Program-made: the position numbers and the translations under genes
From: Toensbergia leucococca
Lineage: Eukaryota
Assembly (NCBI GenBank): GCA_022813965.1
Contig: JALDZS010000088.1
Span: 1 to 64,000, forward strand
Direction: 5' to 3'
DNA length: 64,000 nt
Notes under the pieces: model-generated
Seen by the model: only the letters and a program-made list of their open reading frames with translations
The model's database searches: none
What the model was told of the DNA's origin: nothing
Shown here: positions 1-12,483 of the stretch, in pieces
Position numbering within the stretch: position 1 is the first letter of the stretch
Layout: the number at the start of each line of letters is the position of its first letter

Positions 1-153
1 GTACGACTTTTCCATTGCCATTGTAGTATATAAAAACCAACACCGTGTTCAAACTTATAGCGTAATTATTGCATGAATAAGAAACGTAGATAAAAGACAC
101 TCGAAATGTTACGACCAACTTCAATAGAAAATCTCAAGGACGAAAGAAAAATA

Positions 154-889
154 TCAGCCGCGTTTGATTGCTTTCCTCCAGCCGCCTCCACCACCATAGC
201 CAGTAGGAGTACAGCTAGCAGCGCTGTATGACGTAGACGTGACTGTCGCAGTGGTAGCTGAAGGCTTTCCGTTCTCCGCCTTAAAGTAATTTGCAGCAAC
301 GGGCGGGCCCAATCCGGCCACGTGTAGAAACTCCTCAATGTTGAAACCCAATCGCGATGCTACCGTTGTGCCTGTGATACTAGCGTAGCAGCTCGGCAAC
401 TTGTAGCCGGACGGCTGCGTGAAAAGAAGGAAGACGTAGCGATGAGGTGGCCCGTTGGCTGGGGGAGCAGGACCAGCGTAGGAGGAGCCGGCAGTGCTCG
501 AACTGCTGAGGACCTCGTTTGCCTTGTTGATTGTGAGACCAGGTAAGTACCATTGCAGTACCGTGGTTGATACGGTGGCGCTGACAGGGACGTCAATATC
601 GATCATAAAGACCATGTAGGTACTTGAGAGGGACTCTGCGCCGCTGGCTGTAAGGGTGGGCGCTTTTGCGGTTTCTGAATTTGGAGTGTTAGTCGGATTT
701 GAGCATAAATGTAGGGTGACGAAAAGTACCGGCTATTGTAAGCAGGACTCCGGGAGGAGTAACCTCGACGCCATTGGCATAGGTCACCTCGAGATTGGTG
801 TTACTGGAGGGCTGGTAGCCGGGTGGGGTTTGGGCGAGGGTGGTGGAGAGAAGGGCGGCGAATAAAGGGATGAGAAGATGAACGATCAT
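154..889 (-). CDS. Secreted phosphatidylethanolamine-binding protein (PEBP) family protein, 2 exons (intron 675-729)
   Basis: Signal peptide MIVHLLIPLFAALLSTTLA. GT..AG intron with CTAAC branch point joins ORF 689-889 to ORF 154-615. PEBP motifs YMVFMIDIDV, YAGPAPP, GPPHRYVFLLFTQP, FNIEEF, LGPPVAANYF. Ser/Thr-rich tail. Confidence 0.88.
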
Positions 890-1130
890 GATGAGATGAA
901 AAGGTTGCTTGGAATTGAAGATAGTAGAGGATATTTGTGAAAGAAATAGCAGAAGTGACTGCTGTGGGATGGTGAACGAGCACTGGATTGAAGTGCGTAG
1001 AGCATCTTATATGTGCTTTGGCAGGAAAGTAGAGAAGGAGCGCATGGTCAGGTGGTGTGAAAGAAAGACGGCAGACTTTGAAGGATTATTGTGCACCTGC
1101 TGAACGGAGCTGAGTATATTACTCTTCTCT

Positions 1131-1234
1131 TCCTCGTGTTCGGACGGGAAGCCTTGAAGGAATGCTGTGTGTCTGCTGCACGGGGTTGTGGATGATATCT
1201 TTTCCATCCTCGTGCTCGGACGGGAAGTCTTGAA
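1131..1234. repeat. 28-bp direct repeat (26/28 identical) upstream of the PEBP gene
   Basis: TCCTCGTGTTCGGACGGGAAGCCTTGAA at 1131-1158 and TCCTCGTGCTCGGACGGGAAGTCTTGAA at 1207-1234. Confidence 0.85.
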
Positions 1235-4055
1235 CGCGTGGAGTATCCACACTGACTAAAGCTCATTTCATCTTGACCCAAACAAGCAAAGTCTGTCGAG
1301 AACAAAAGAGATTTCGCTTGAACTAGAAAAGGACGTTAGCACCGGGCCGCATATGGTGCTCTGCTTCTGTCTATGTGTGTTGGTGGCGGTTCAGCGACCT
1401 GTCTGGATTAATGTAACAGTCTCCTGCCCGCCAAAAGTAATCAAACATCTCTCGTAACAAATATACGAATTGTTCTTCCAAGACCTTTTGCCTGATGTAA
1501 GCGGCTTGTATGTTCGGTACTGGACGCTCCCACGGATCTGCCAAGGGGTAAGGCAACCACATGGATGCTTTCCAGGCTTCCAACATGCAGGAACGGCCAT
1601 GCGATAGACATTTAGACCCTAGGCATATCGCGGGAAATAGAAATAAGTAGACAGGGGTGTCCAAAAAAAAAGCATCAATGAAACTCTAGTTTGAAAATGA
1701 TTCTCAATCATATCGAAGGCAAGCAATGAAGCGGCATTAATTGGGCAGATGACTGCCGAAACTGAAACGGAGGATCCGACTGCAAAACACAATCCGCATT
1801 GCTCAGGCGCCATTGTGGCAGAACGAGGGTGAGAATTTGCCCGGAATTGGCCGAAAGAGAAATAGAGAGACTAGCTTGTGTGATTCAATGAGAACTGAGT
1901 CACTACATCAAGGAATAGTCTTGTAAAAACGGGATGTGCTCTCAAAAGTCTGGACTAAAGCCTAAGGCCTGACTACAAGTAGCTCTGCTTACCGGATCAG
2001 GTCATAATTCGAGGGAGCTGCGCCATCCGTAAGATTTCCACACCAATGACCAAACCGTTGTGAGGTTGACGGGCCGCTGCGTAGCCTCATAGTGCATCTG
2101 AAAAGTGGACAGATCATCACTGGATAGTAAGGCTCGTCTAAGAAGATGCGGGAGAAAGTGGTTGAAGGAGCTAGAAATGGTAAGAAACAGGGGGTGAGAA
2201 GAGGGCGAGAAGGTGAGGTTGCTGATGAACCGGTGGTTGGGTAGCGTGAGGCGCATGCTTTGGAAAAGCCATGGCTCAGCCTAAAATGTAACGTTGGGTG
2301 TAGGATATTCAGCAATCCCGTCTGTGAATCAGATGATAGAAGTGGGTGATAGCTCCGACTTGCTGATGGCCTCGACCCGAGTACCTTACTCTAGATTCCT
2401 AGAATAGCTGGTGTTGGTGTCATCAATTGCCCGACGGAGCTGGCCGGGTTGCCTCAATCCATTAGCATCTTCCGAACGGGCCATCAAGTCAAGTTGGCTA
2501 TCCGCCTATGTCTCGTGAGTGCTGGAGTCAGCAAAGTGAGCTCGTGTTAGAGTTTTGGGATCAAGTGATGTCGAGCATCAAGGATGAGGATGGTGGGATC
2601 TAGCTGGCATGCTACAGCCTGCATCCTGCAGGTACGAGTCTTGACGAGGGCGCCCATTGGCCAGTCTCTCTCTAACCGATCCCGTCGCCACGAGTCGTCT
2701 TTTACCCCTGCATCGAACCGATAGTCGGGAATATTCAATATACCATGTTGCCGTGCTTGTTTATGAAGGATCTGATCCTTCTACAGCAACACGTGCCGGT
2801 TGTGGTCTGGATAAGTCTTGCCATGCCCTAACTAAGATTCAAAGGTAACGTGAGAGAGGCTATGCAGCATTGACCGGGACCGAGTACAGGAGGCCGATAA
2901 CGCAAGAAATTAATTCCCAGCTCAATTACTCCTGCTCCTGTCGCTTCCGCATTTGTTCGGATTCCACATCATGATAATTGCTTTTCCTTCACCACATTGT
3001 TGTATCCAGCCAGAATCCTTGTGTAAAGGCTAAAGTGCAAAGCGGCATGGACTGCACATACGAAGATGTGTGAGACAATCACCGAGGCGAGGTTGGCGCT
3101 CTCCTGATATTCCTTTTGATAATAAAATTACCATGAGATTTGTGATGTTGCTTTTGCAGTATGAACTATTAAATCTATGATGCTACTTCAAAAGTCTCGA
3201 ACACTTGAACATTAAGAAATAGAATCTAGAAGAACTCCTGACGGCACAGATACTATCATTAACTTTTCAACTTTGTCTTTCTAACTTCTGACTAGAATTT
3301 CGAGTCGAATTCCTCCTCTTCAATGTTCTGCCTGCAATGCTCCTCTTTGGGATATTCTGCCTGCTAATCTTTCTGCTTTGAAGTGATCTTTGCGTACTGG
3401 ATTAGAAGTCACCTTTTTACGGTCCGATGGAAACGTTTACACAGGAATTGTGTGATTAATAAAGGTATTGCGCAAAATGATTTGGATTCAATCGCGAAGC
3501 TGTGGTGAATGTGTCATTACCAAAGCGATTCGACAGGAGTACAGAGTATTTAGAAGCATAAATAGAGAGGTTGGAATAAAGTTCAAAAAAATGTACGGAT
3601 ATTCGAGCACTGTGACCTGCGTGCCCAGATACCTATGGAGCGTGTGATGATCCCATCGTCCAGTTCAACAACGCAGAATTGGGAGAGAACACACGATGTA
3701 GAGAGCAGAGTGAAGGTCCTATCAAGAAGCTCTTAGTCAAAGAGATGGAAGGGAAACTCGAAGACGGCATTTTCTGAGGTTGAGTTCCAAGTCGCTTTCA
3801 TCCTGGCCTGGTTCGACTATTCTTAGGGCTGCAGCCGGAGCTAGGTAGGCGAGCCGCTAGAACTACCTAACTACCTTAAGAAAGGGCGTTGTGGCGGTGC
3901 CATGACGTTTGCCGCGGCATGTGGCACAATAGCGGGGTCTTCAAGGCCAGGCCGGATTCTTGAATAACAGTGCCGTCATTGCTTCCATCTCCTTCAATCA
4001 ATCTCATCTTCTGCTCCTTTTTTCCTAAGATAATTCTCCCTACACTACCGCCAAG

Positions 4056-5619
4056 ATGATGGAATACTTCCACTACAAAAAGGCCAAAGCCCACCAAGAC
4101 GTGGCCGAGAAATCCGAAGCACCAGTCTTGACAGAAGAAGACGAGGCCTTTTTTAACAGCATCACAAACGAAGGAACACCGCCTCCCCTACCCTCACGAC
4201 CACTCGATCTTGCAACAGCTGGCGAGACCGAAGGTAATGATGCTCAACTCGCCCTCGTGGAAACCCCACCCCCCCTACCTGAACGACCGCAAAGTCTAGC
4301 GGTAGATGGATTACCTCGAGGAAGAGACGCCCAGATGGCTCTCATGAATGGCGCACAAGATATTCCCTTGCCAGATGTACCTGATACACCGGATGGCGTG
4401 CTTGTGGGCATAGAAGGCGAAGAGCTGAGCAAGGGAAAGGAGAAAGGCCACGAAGCGAAAAAGCCATTCAAATGGAGTTTCCTTCGCCGCGACAGCAGAG
4501 ACAGCAAGCGCAAGATGAAGGCCACAGCCGCAACAGACCTCCACAGCGTTGCCGAAGGCCTCAAAGCAGCAGATGCTCAACCAAATGAAGATGGCGAGGT
4601 CTCAACCGCCGAAGCCAGGAAAGAAGAAGAAGAAATGACTGTCGTTCTCGACCAACTAAACTTAGCAGCAGTCAACAACCGCGTCTTCTCCATCTCCAAA
4701 GAATCCCAAGACCTCCTCCATAAGTAAGTCCAACCTATGTATCCTCACCTAAAAAAACCTCTCATCACCCTCCCTAATCCCTCTTTTCTGAAAAAACAGA
4801 TTCACCCTCGTCCTCAAAGACCTAGTGAACGGCGTCCCCACCGCGTACGACGACCTAGAATCCCTCCTTACAAACTCCGAGCATCAACTCCAACGCTCAT
4901 ACGCCCACCTTCCCCCTTTCCTCCAAAAGCTAATCGAGCAACTCCCATCCAAAATGACCCAATCAATCGGCCCGGAAATGCTCGCCGCCGCCGCCGAGAA
5001 ACAAGGCCTGAACAACAAATACGCCACCCAAGCCGCCGGCGTCGCGGAAAAAATGGGCATGCGCGTCAAAGTCCCTAGCTTAAAGGATCTAATCACTAAA
5101 CCGGGCGCCGTCGCCGGCCTCTTGAAAACAATCATGAATTTCCTCAAACTGCGCTTTCCCGCCTTCCTAGGCATGAACGTCCTCTGGTCCCTCGCTTTAT
5201 TCGGTAAGCCTCCTTAAATTCCCCCACCACCCCCTCACTATACTTACTTTTAAAAAAAAGTCCTCCTCTTCGTCTTCTGGTACTGTCACAAACGCGGCCG
5301 CGAAGTCCGTCTCGAAAAAGAACGCATCCTGACCGATGCCGAAGCGGCCGCTCTAGAAGCTCAAATCGCCTCGGACCCAGAAGCACGCACCACCACCACT
5401 GCTCCCGAGGGCGCTCCCATCGACCAGGTAGCAGCGGGCATGCATCACGAGCAGGAGGCTGAGGCGCCGCGCCATGAGGGAGGAGGAAGAGGGCAGGCGA
5501 GGTATGCGGAGGGGGGATCGCTGGGGAGGGAGATGGAACGCGAGAGGCTGGCTGCGGGACCGAGCGCGAGTTCGGCGGCGCACACGATGCCTGCGAAGGT
5601 GCAGGAGAGGGTCGGGTGA
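4056..5619 (+). CDS. Conserved fungal hypothetical protein with a single C-terminal transmembrane segment, 3 exons (introns 4724-4799, 5204-5260)
   Basis: ORFs 4056-4727 and 4825-5217 join in frame through GTAAGT..CAG and GTAAGC..AAG introns. The spliced product reads ...LNLAAVNNRVFSISKESQDLLHKFTLVLKDLVNGVPTAYDDLE...NVLWSLALFVLLFVFWYCHKRGREVRLEKE... and stops at TGA 5617-5619. Confidence 0.85.
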
Positions 5620-6415
5620 GTAGAGCGAGAGCCGGCATTGTGCAAACGGGGTATGGGAAACGGCCTTCCACGGTTTGGGCTCACCAGCAGAGGCGGTGCT
5701 TGATTTTCTTGGGTATGCGGTGCGGGGCGTTCTACTTCAGGTTTGTTCTAGGAATTGGGGTTCTGACTGGACGCGATAATGAATGAATGGACAGCGCCGC
5801 CGAGCTCGGACGCAATGATAATGGCTTGGATACCAGCCTGTTTGGACTGAGCGTTGTGTGCTTCCAACTTTCACTCGTCTTCGTCTTTCTTCAAAATAGC
5901 CTTGATTTGTCGCGAGGGGGTGCTTGGAAAAGGCATTATCCCTTATCTCCTCTCCTCTTCTCTTCTCGTTCCCTTTTTTTCTTTTCTCGGTATATATCTC
6001 TAGGGGTAAGCAAGCTCATGAGACAAAAAATAAGGATTCATAAATCTCCCGTAACACTCACACTTTTTCGAATAAATAATGCTATGGCATGATACAAATC
6101 CTCTTATGTAATCGATCCATATAGTACTACTCTGTACATAGGGCATCTATCCTACACACCCATCTTAAACCACACAGATCTCTCTAACAGGAAACCCTCA
6201 TCAATCCTACCCAATTCATCCAGGGATCAAATGCAACACCTACCTACTCCAAAACCCTCAAAAAAGAAATATATCCGGTCCAGGCCTGAGCCGAGCCAAA
6301 AAGCTCTGTAAATGCAACTCTGCACAATCCCAAAATCGAAATCAAGAAATAATACACTCCGTCCCAATGCCATTAGTGTTCATAATGCTCGACAACGGAC
6401 AAAAAAAACACATCC

Positions 6416-9400
6416 CTAAAAACCAACAGCCACCCCGACAGCACCCAAAACAACCGCGGCCACCATCGCCGGCGCCCCCAGCCCGGTCGCCTTCCCCTCG
6501 AAAGCTGACATCGTCTTGCTACCCTTAGGCTTGGTGCTTCCAACCGCACTGGCGAAAGTGGTTACTCCAGCCGTGTACGCGGACGTTGCTGTTGCAGCGG
6601 CATTGTTTGGAATTCCGGCGGCGAGACCCACGCTGGGAGATCCCGAGGCACCGGATCCGGCGGATTGTGTGGTGAATTGGACTTGAGGGACAGTGACTTG
6701 GGTCGATAGTGTGGAGAGGGCGTAGGAGCTAGGGATGGTCTGGCCGGAGGACACACCAGTGGAGTAAGTGCAAGGGTTTGAGAGGGTTGTGGCGATGGTG
6801 ATTGTGGTTGCTGGGACCGAGGATTGAGGTGGGGCTGTTGGAGCTAGTGTGGTGGCTACTGGTGGGACGACAGTTGTGGGTGCCTCGGGTGGTACATTCG
6901 TAGGAGTGGGAGGAGTAGTGTTTGCGGATGAGGCTTGTGTAGCGTTGGCGGCAGGAGAAGAAATTGGGACATTGGATGTGACTGAATTCGAAGACGCGGA
7001 AACCACGGACAAGTCTGATGGGCTCGAGGGAACGACAGTCGTAGAGATCGTATTTGGACTCGATGTTGGGGTTATTTGGGACGAGCTTGAGGGGCCAGAT
7101 TGGGCTGGAGGGGTAGAGACTGGCGGAGCAATACATTTCGTGCAGATCGTTGAGGTGCTTGTCGTGTAGATGGTAGAGATAGAATTCGTCGTCACAACAA
7201 CATGAGTGTTGCCGGATGTTATAGTGTTCGTCACGGGGCAGCTGGTAACGGTAGTCATGACACTGAACACGAATGTTAGCCTCATCCCTTTGTGAATAGG
7301 TAGATCAGGTTCTTACATTTCGGTGGTAACAATTTCCTGGGTTGTACCCTGCGGAGACGGTACAGGAGAGCTGGCAGTGGTAGGGGAGTTTGCGATCGAG
7401 GAGGTTGTAGCATTAGATAGCGGTGGAGCTGAAGACAAAGCTGATGGAGACGGAGTAGCTGGAGCAGGCGTTGGACAGAGGGTTATGCTGCTTGGTATAG
7501 CAGTTATGATGCCGGGGTTCTTGTTGACATGAGGTGCGCAGATACCAACAAAGTAAGAAAGACCAGCCTGAATCTCCATGTCGTCTTTGGCCCAGGATGA
7601 AACGCAATTGATAACATTTGTGGTGAAATTGGACAGTAAGCAATAGCATTCTGCATGTGCGTTGTTGTCACATCCTGTTTCATAAAGCCAGCTTTGGAGA
7701 CATCTAGGCACAACATCTGGGCAGGGTGCAGATGGAACGGGAACACTAGATGAGGTAGAGATTGCGGACTCAGGTATGGAAGATGCAGGCGCAGTGCTAT
7801 TTAATCCCACTGGAAGACTGGATGCGCTGGGGGAATAGGAAACAGCGGAGGCACTAATTGGAGGGACACTGCTGGATGATGGTGGAGCAGGCGTGGGTGC
7901 CACACACTTGGTACAGATTGTCGAGGTACTAGTGATAAAGACTGTTGAGACAGACGAAGTGACCTGAAGAACTTGGCTAGTTCCAGAAGTCAGAGTATTC
8001 GTAACGGGACACACTGTGGTGGTTGTGAGTACCCTGGCGGGTTATTAGCCTGGTGATTCTGAGATCTTCAAGTTCAACTTACACTTCTGTAGTCACTACT
8101 TCTTGGGTTGATCCAGGTGCTGGTATAGAGCTGGTTTGAGTCGGCGAAGGCGGAGCGGGCGTTGGCGCCACACATTTTGTGCAGATTGTCGAGATACTGG
8201 TACTCAAGACGGTTGAGACAGACGATGTGACCTGGAGAATCTGGCTACTTCCAGAAGTCACGGTGTTTGTGATGGGACACACAGTTGTTGTTGTGAGAAT
8301 TCTAATTAATTGTCAGCTTGATGTACTTGTTGTTTCTGATTTCAACTTACATTTCTGTAGTGACCACTTCTTGGGTTGATCCTGGTGCCGGCACGGAGCT
8401 GATTTGAGTTGGCGAAGCTACTGATGAATTGAAGGCGGAAGCAGATGGATACAAGCTTGGCCCGATTGGAATTGACGAAGGGCCAGCAGAAGGTAGACCT
8501 GAAGAGAGGGGACATATAGTAGTATAAAGCGGAATGACAGACGTCACTACTGTACTTGAGCGTAGAGGGCAATTCTTGACGGTCGATGCACAGCCTGGGA
8601 CAGTTACCACCTTGGTAGTGTAGACAATCGAAGTGGAGCTGTTTGCTCCTAGTGCCAAAGGGGGAAGACCCACGGAGCTAGGAGATATCGTAGGGGCTGC
8701 ACTGGTAGGACCTGCGCTAGTGGGACCCACAGAATTAATGGTTAAATTCCCATACTGAGTGGGCCAACTTGATCCTGACAAAGCACTGGCCACATTGCTT
8801 GACATTGGTAAAGAAGTCGCACTTTTCTGCTTGATGACAGTACTAGAAGCCGGACCACAGTCAAATCCAATGCTGTGGATTCCGACAGAGCAGTTCGATT
8901 GCTCCGAGGTGTCTGGAAGCTGAAAGGTAACAGATGTTGCACCACCACATTGCGAATTTGAAATTGGTGTGCCGGATGCCGAGCAGAAGGCCGTATGATT
9001 GCAAGTAGCGCCATTTTCGTAGCCATAGATGAAGTCCAGTTCGGTATCAAACGAGACGGAGACTTGTAGGTTGGTTATAGAAAAGGATTTCCCAGAGTCA
9101 TAAGAGATTTTGGGACTGTTGCCAGGATTGGTACCGACAGATCCTTGAATACATGAACTCTAAGTATAGATTAAAAAAATGACTTGGAAAAATGCGAAAA
9201 GATTACAGACCTGGGTGTCTCTCGAACTCAGGACATGCCTCTTGCTGAAGGAGTCAGACTTTGAAAAGCCCGAGAACTGCAGGCCCCCGTAGCTGCTAAA
9301 GGACCCACTAGCCAAGCCATCCCAGTTGAAGCCTCCTTGTTGTGAGTCGGAACATTGATTGTTCGTATTAGATGGACAGGGAAAGGGTTGAGCGTCGAGC

Positions 9401-9521
9401 CAATTCTGTGTTTCAAGAGTTAGCACATTGTCTTTTTACAGGATGGAATACCCACTATAGCTGCAGCCTGCTGGATAGCTAAGCTAAGAGTAAAGATAAT
9501 AGCCCGTGGAATGACCTGCAT
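6416..9521 (-). CDS. Mad1-like GPI-anchored adhesin / CFEM-domain cell-wall protein, 6 exons
   Basis: ATG at 9521 with signal peptide [21 protein letters not shown]. Cys-rich N-terminal domain ([39 protein letters not shown]) resembles Metarhizium Mad1. Thr-rich [10 protein letters not shown] repeats. CFEM domain ([20 protein letters not shown]). Hydrophobic GPI signal at the C-terminus. Introns at about 9406-9455, 9160-9210, 8302-8350, 8034-8082 and 7263-7316. Confidence 0.85.
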
Positions 9522-12483
9522 ACCGAAAGCTGTAATTATGATATGGCTTGACTGATTATTATTATCATCAGTCAAAAGTCAAGAAAGACCGAACAGAGCG
9601 GACGATAGGAGTACAAGAGCAAAGAAACGAGTGACTTTGACTCTTGTAGTGCAAGCAACGAGAAGAAAGATTAGACACAACAGATACACGTCGAGTTGGG
9701 CGTTGGAGGCAGATCGTTGGCGGAAGGCCACTATATAAGATGCAGGAGGGCGAATGATGGCCTGGCTCTTGAGGTGGAGGCCAATCCGGACAGAAGCAGT
9801 GGATTGACATGTCCATCATTGGTTGCAATTGGTCGAAAGGATTGAAGCTGCTAGCAATCAACAATCCGAGATACTGAGAGGGCCAAACGTGTCTCAAACA
9901 CGCCGATTGACTCTTAGTTGGTTGTATGGATAGCGAGTTGCAAGCTTGAAACACTGTCATCCGAGACCTTTCCCAGACGCCAGCGCTACGCCAACGCTAA
10001 TGCAGGTATCATGCCCAAAGTGGAAAGGTCGGAGCCTCACGCTCTCCAACGGCTGACCCTATCAACATCGTTCTCCTCCTATTGTCATACTTGTGACAGC
10101 GATGCGCTCACATCCATGGTATATCTTCACCCTCTTATGATATTGACGCTGTTTATAGATTTCGCCATGACAAATGATGGATATTCTCCGAGCCCCTGTT
10201 TGAGACCGGATTGACTTTACGCAATGGCGCCAGCAGTACCAAGGGCGTCTACAATTGGCAAAAGACTTCGAACAAGATGGTGCTCACAAGTTGCAGACAG
10301 GATAGCTATCTCAACATCTCAAGATGACAACGACAGAATCTAGTAACACCTGGAAATGAACACCTCTGCAACGTTGCTCTGCTCCTAGAATCACGCGTGA
10401 ATTATGTTCATTGAGACCGAGATCAACAGGCCTTTCTATCTACAAGAGAGCTCTGTCAGCGCTTCTTCCGTGCTACTATCTCGCTCTCAGGGCGCCAATT
10501 TTGGTCTTCGTGTGAGTACTGCTCTAATGAAGACCTCGGGAATGCTTCCCACGTATTTCCTCCGAATCTTGTCTTACATGATTAGCGTCAGATGAGGTAC
10601 TTACCTAGCATTGTACTACTTACACTCACTTAATACTTGCGCTCACTTACTACTTTCAAACCTCATTTCATGACTAAGGCCAGATTTTATATCAGCACAG
10701 ATTAAGTAGGAGTATGCTGCTAGACTACCAATCCGCGACTTAAGTTTCAGCTAGCGTCGATCTGAACTATGGGTACTATGAGTACTGTGGGTGTGAGTCT
10801 TCACGGGCACTTGATCATGTTAGAAAGAGCCTTCACGGGATGTCACCTTGCCTAAGCTCAAGTTCTCCAATGCTCGGCACTCTAGTCCTGAGGTCCACGG
10901 GGTCTACATTGAAATTTCGGAGTCCGTCTCCGAGTCAGGCATGGCTTGATTCATCTGAAACATGGGTTATTCATTGAAATCAACTCGTAATGAAAGAAAA
11001 AGGCACGGAACATGAAGATTCTACCTATCGATGCACCTAAATTATTTTTCTGGTTCGAATGATTAGAAAAGGTGCGTGCATACAAGTTGAACAAGCATAT
11101 CTAACAGAGTAGCATGGATTGAGAACGTTTCTCATTACGACGCTACGTGACTGCTCAGATAGAATATCGGGTGATACATAGCATAAAGCTAATTATCCTC
11201 GACTAAGTTTTAACATGATCACCAGAATCCCAATAATACTCATTTCGTATCAGTTACTTCTTCCAAGGATTTTCAGGTATGATATGTATAGTCCTCTCTC
11301 GCAGGAAGGCAAATTTGCGGTTTGGATAATCTTCATCTTCTTCTAACATTGATTAGGGTTTGGGTTTAGCCGAGAGCCGGGTAAAACTGCCTTCTAAGAT
11401 GGAGGGGCCCACAACACAAAATTTTGAGCCCCGCGATGTTGCCTTGTGAAGAGATGTCCATTGAGACAGCGTAGCATTTGATTCAATGAAATTTAAAGCA
11501 ACAATTCTAAGATGAGAGGACTGTACACATGAGTAGTAGTCAATAGAATACTCACAGCCGGGTCTCGATGGTCACGTAAATTTAAAGCAAGGGGCAGCGA
11601 CATCGCCAAACACTGTTATCCCTTGCGAATTCTGCATACCCTCATTGAGCGTGAAATACTTTGTCGTGAGCGAGTTTGTGCTACAGCTTTTGCACCTCAG
11701 TATTCAAGTCCCTACCACTGCGTGTCTATTCGATAGCCCAAACAACTCGAATCAGGCATTCGAAATATGATGACACAGTCTTGCATCGAGGTTCTGGCGG
11801 TGAGGAGCCCCACCAGCCAACTGGAAACGCTCTTTTCCTTAGCGGGCGCGCTAAGAAATTGTCTTCCACATGAACGACCAATTTCCTCTTTTTCCCTCTC
11901 CGCTTCGCCAACCGCAATTCCAGACAACGAAGTCGCCTTACAGAATTCTAAAAAGTTCAAAATACAAATAAAACACAATATCGTCGCGAAACCATGCCGC
12001 AGGCTATCGCTGAGCTGTAAATCCTCCACTGGAGGGCGTGCGTGACCAGCTCGCATGCCCTCCAGTTCCGGCCAGCCCACCGAGAAATTTCATTCGACTT
12101 CCGACGATATTAAGCAATTCGATTGCTCGAAGACCTCGCCTGCAAGCGCTCGAAGCTCACTTAAACAACAACACAAGAAACACTCGTCGGTCCTCGAGAC
12201 TGAAGGGTGACTGTGGCCTGCTTTACCGCTCCTACGATCACGAAACTTCCCATACACCAATTACGCGTTCTATACTTTCACAGAAGGCTTCGCCAAGACA
12301 TACCGATCTGAATAGCCTTTTTTCTTGCATGTGGTCTTTCACACTTGATACTAGAAAGGCTCTTGGAACACTACGCACTGAAACTCAAGCGACAATATAT
12401 TGAGTCGATACTAGAACGCAAACATTCGACGTCGAAAAATCAATAGCGATAACGTCTTGCAATTAGAAATCTCCAGCCAGAAC

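Noticed and set aside
1989..3560. Short minus-strand ORFs and possible coding relics in the PEBP upstream region
   Set aside because: No family motif or splice structure could be supported.
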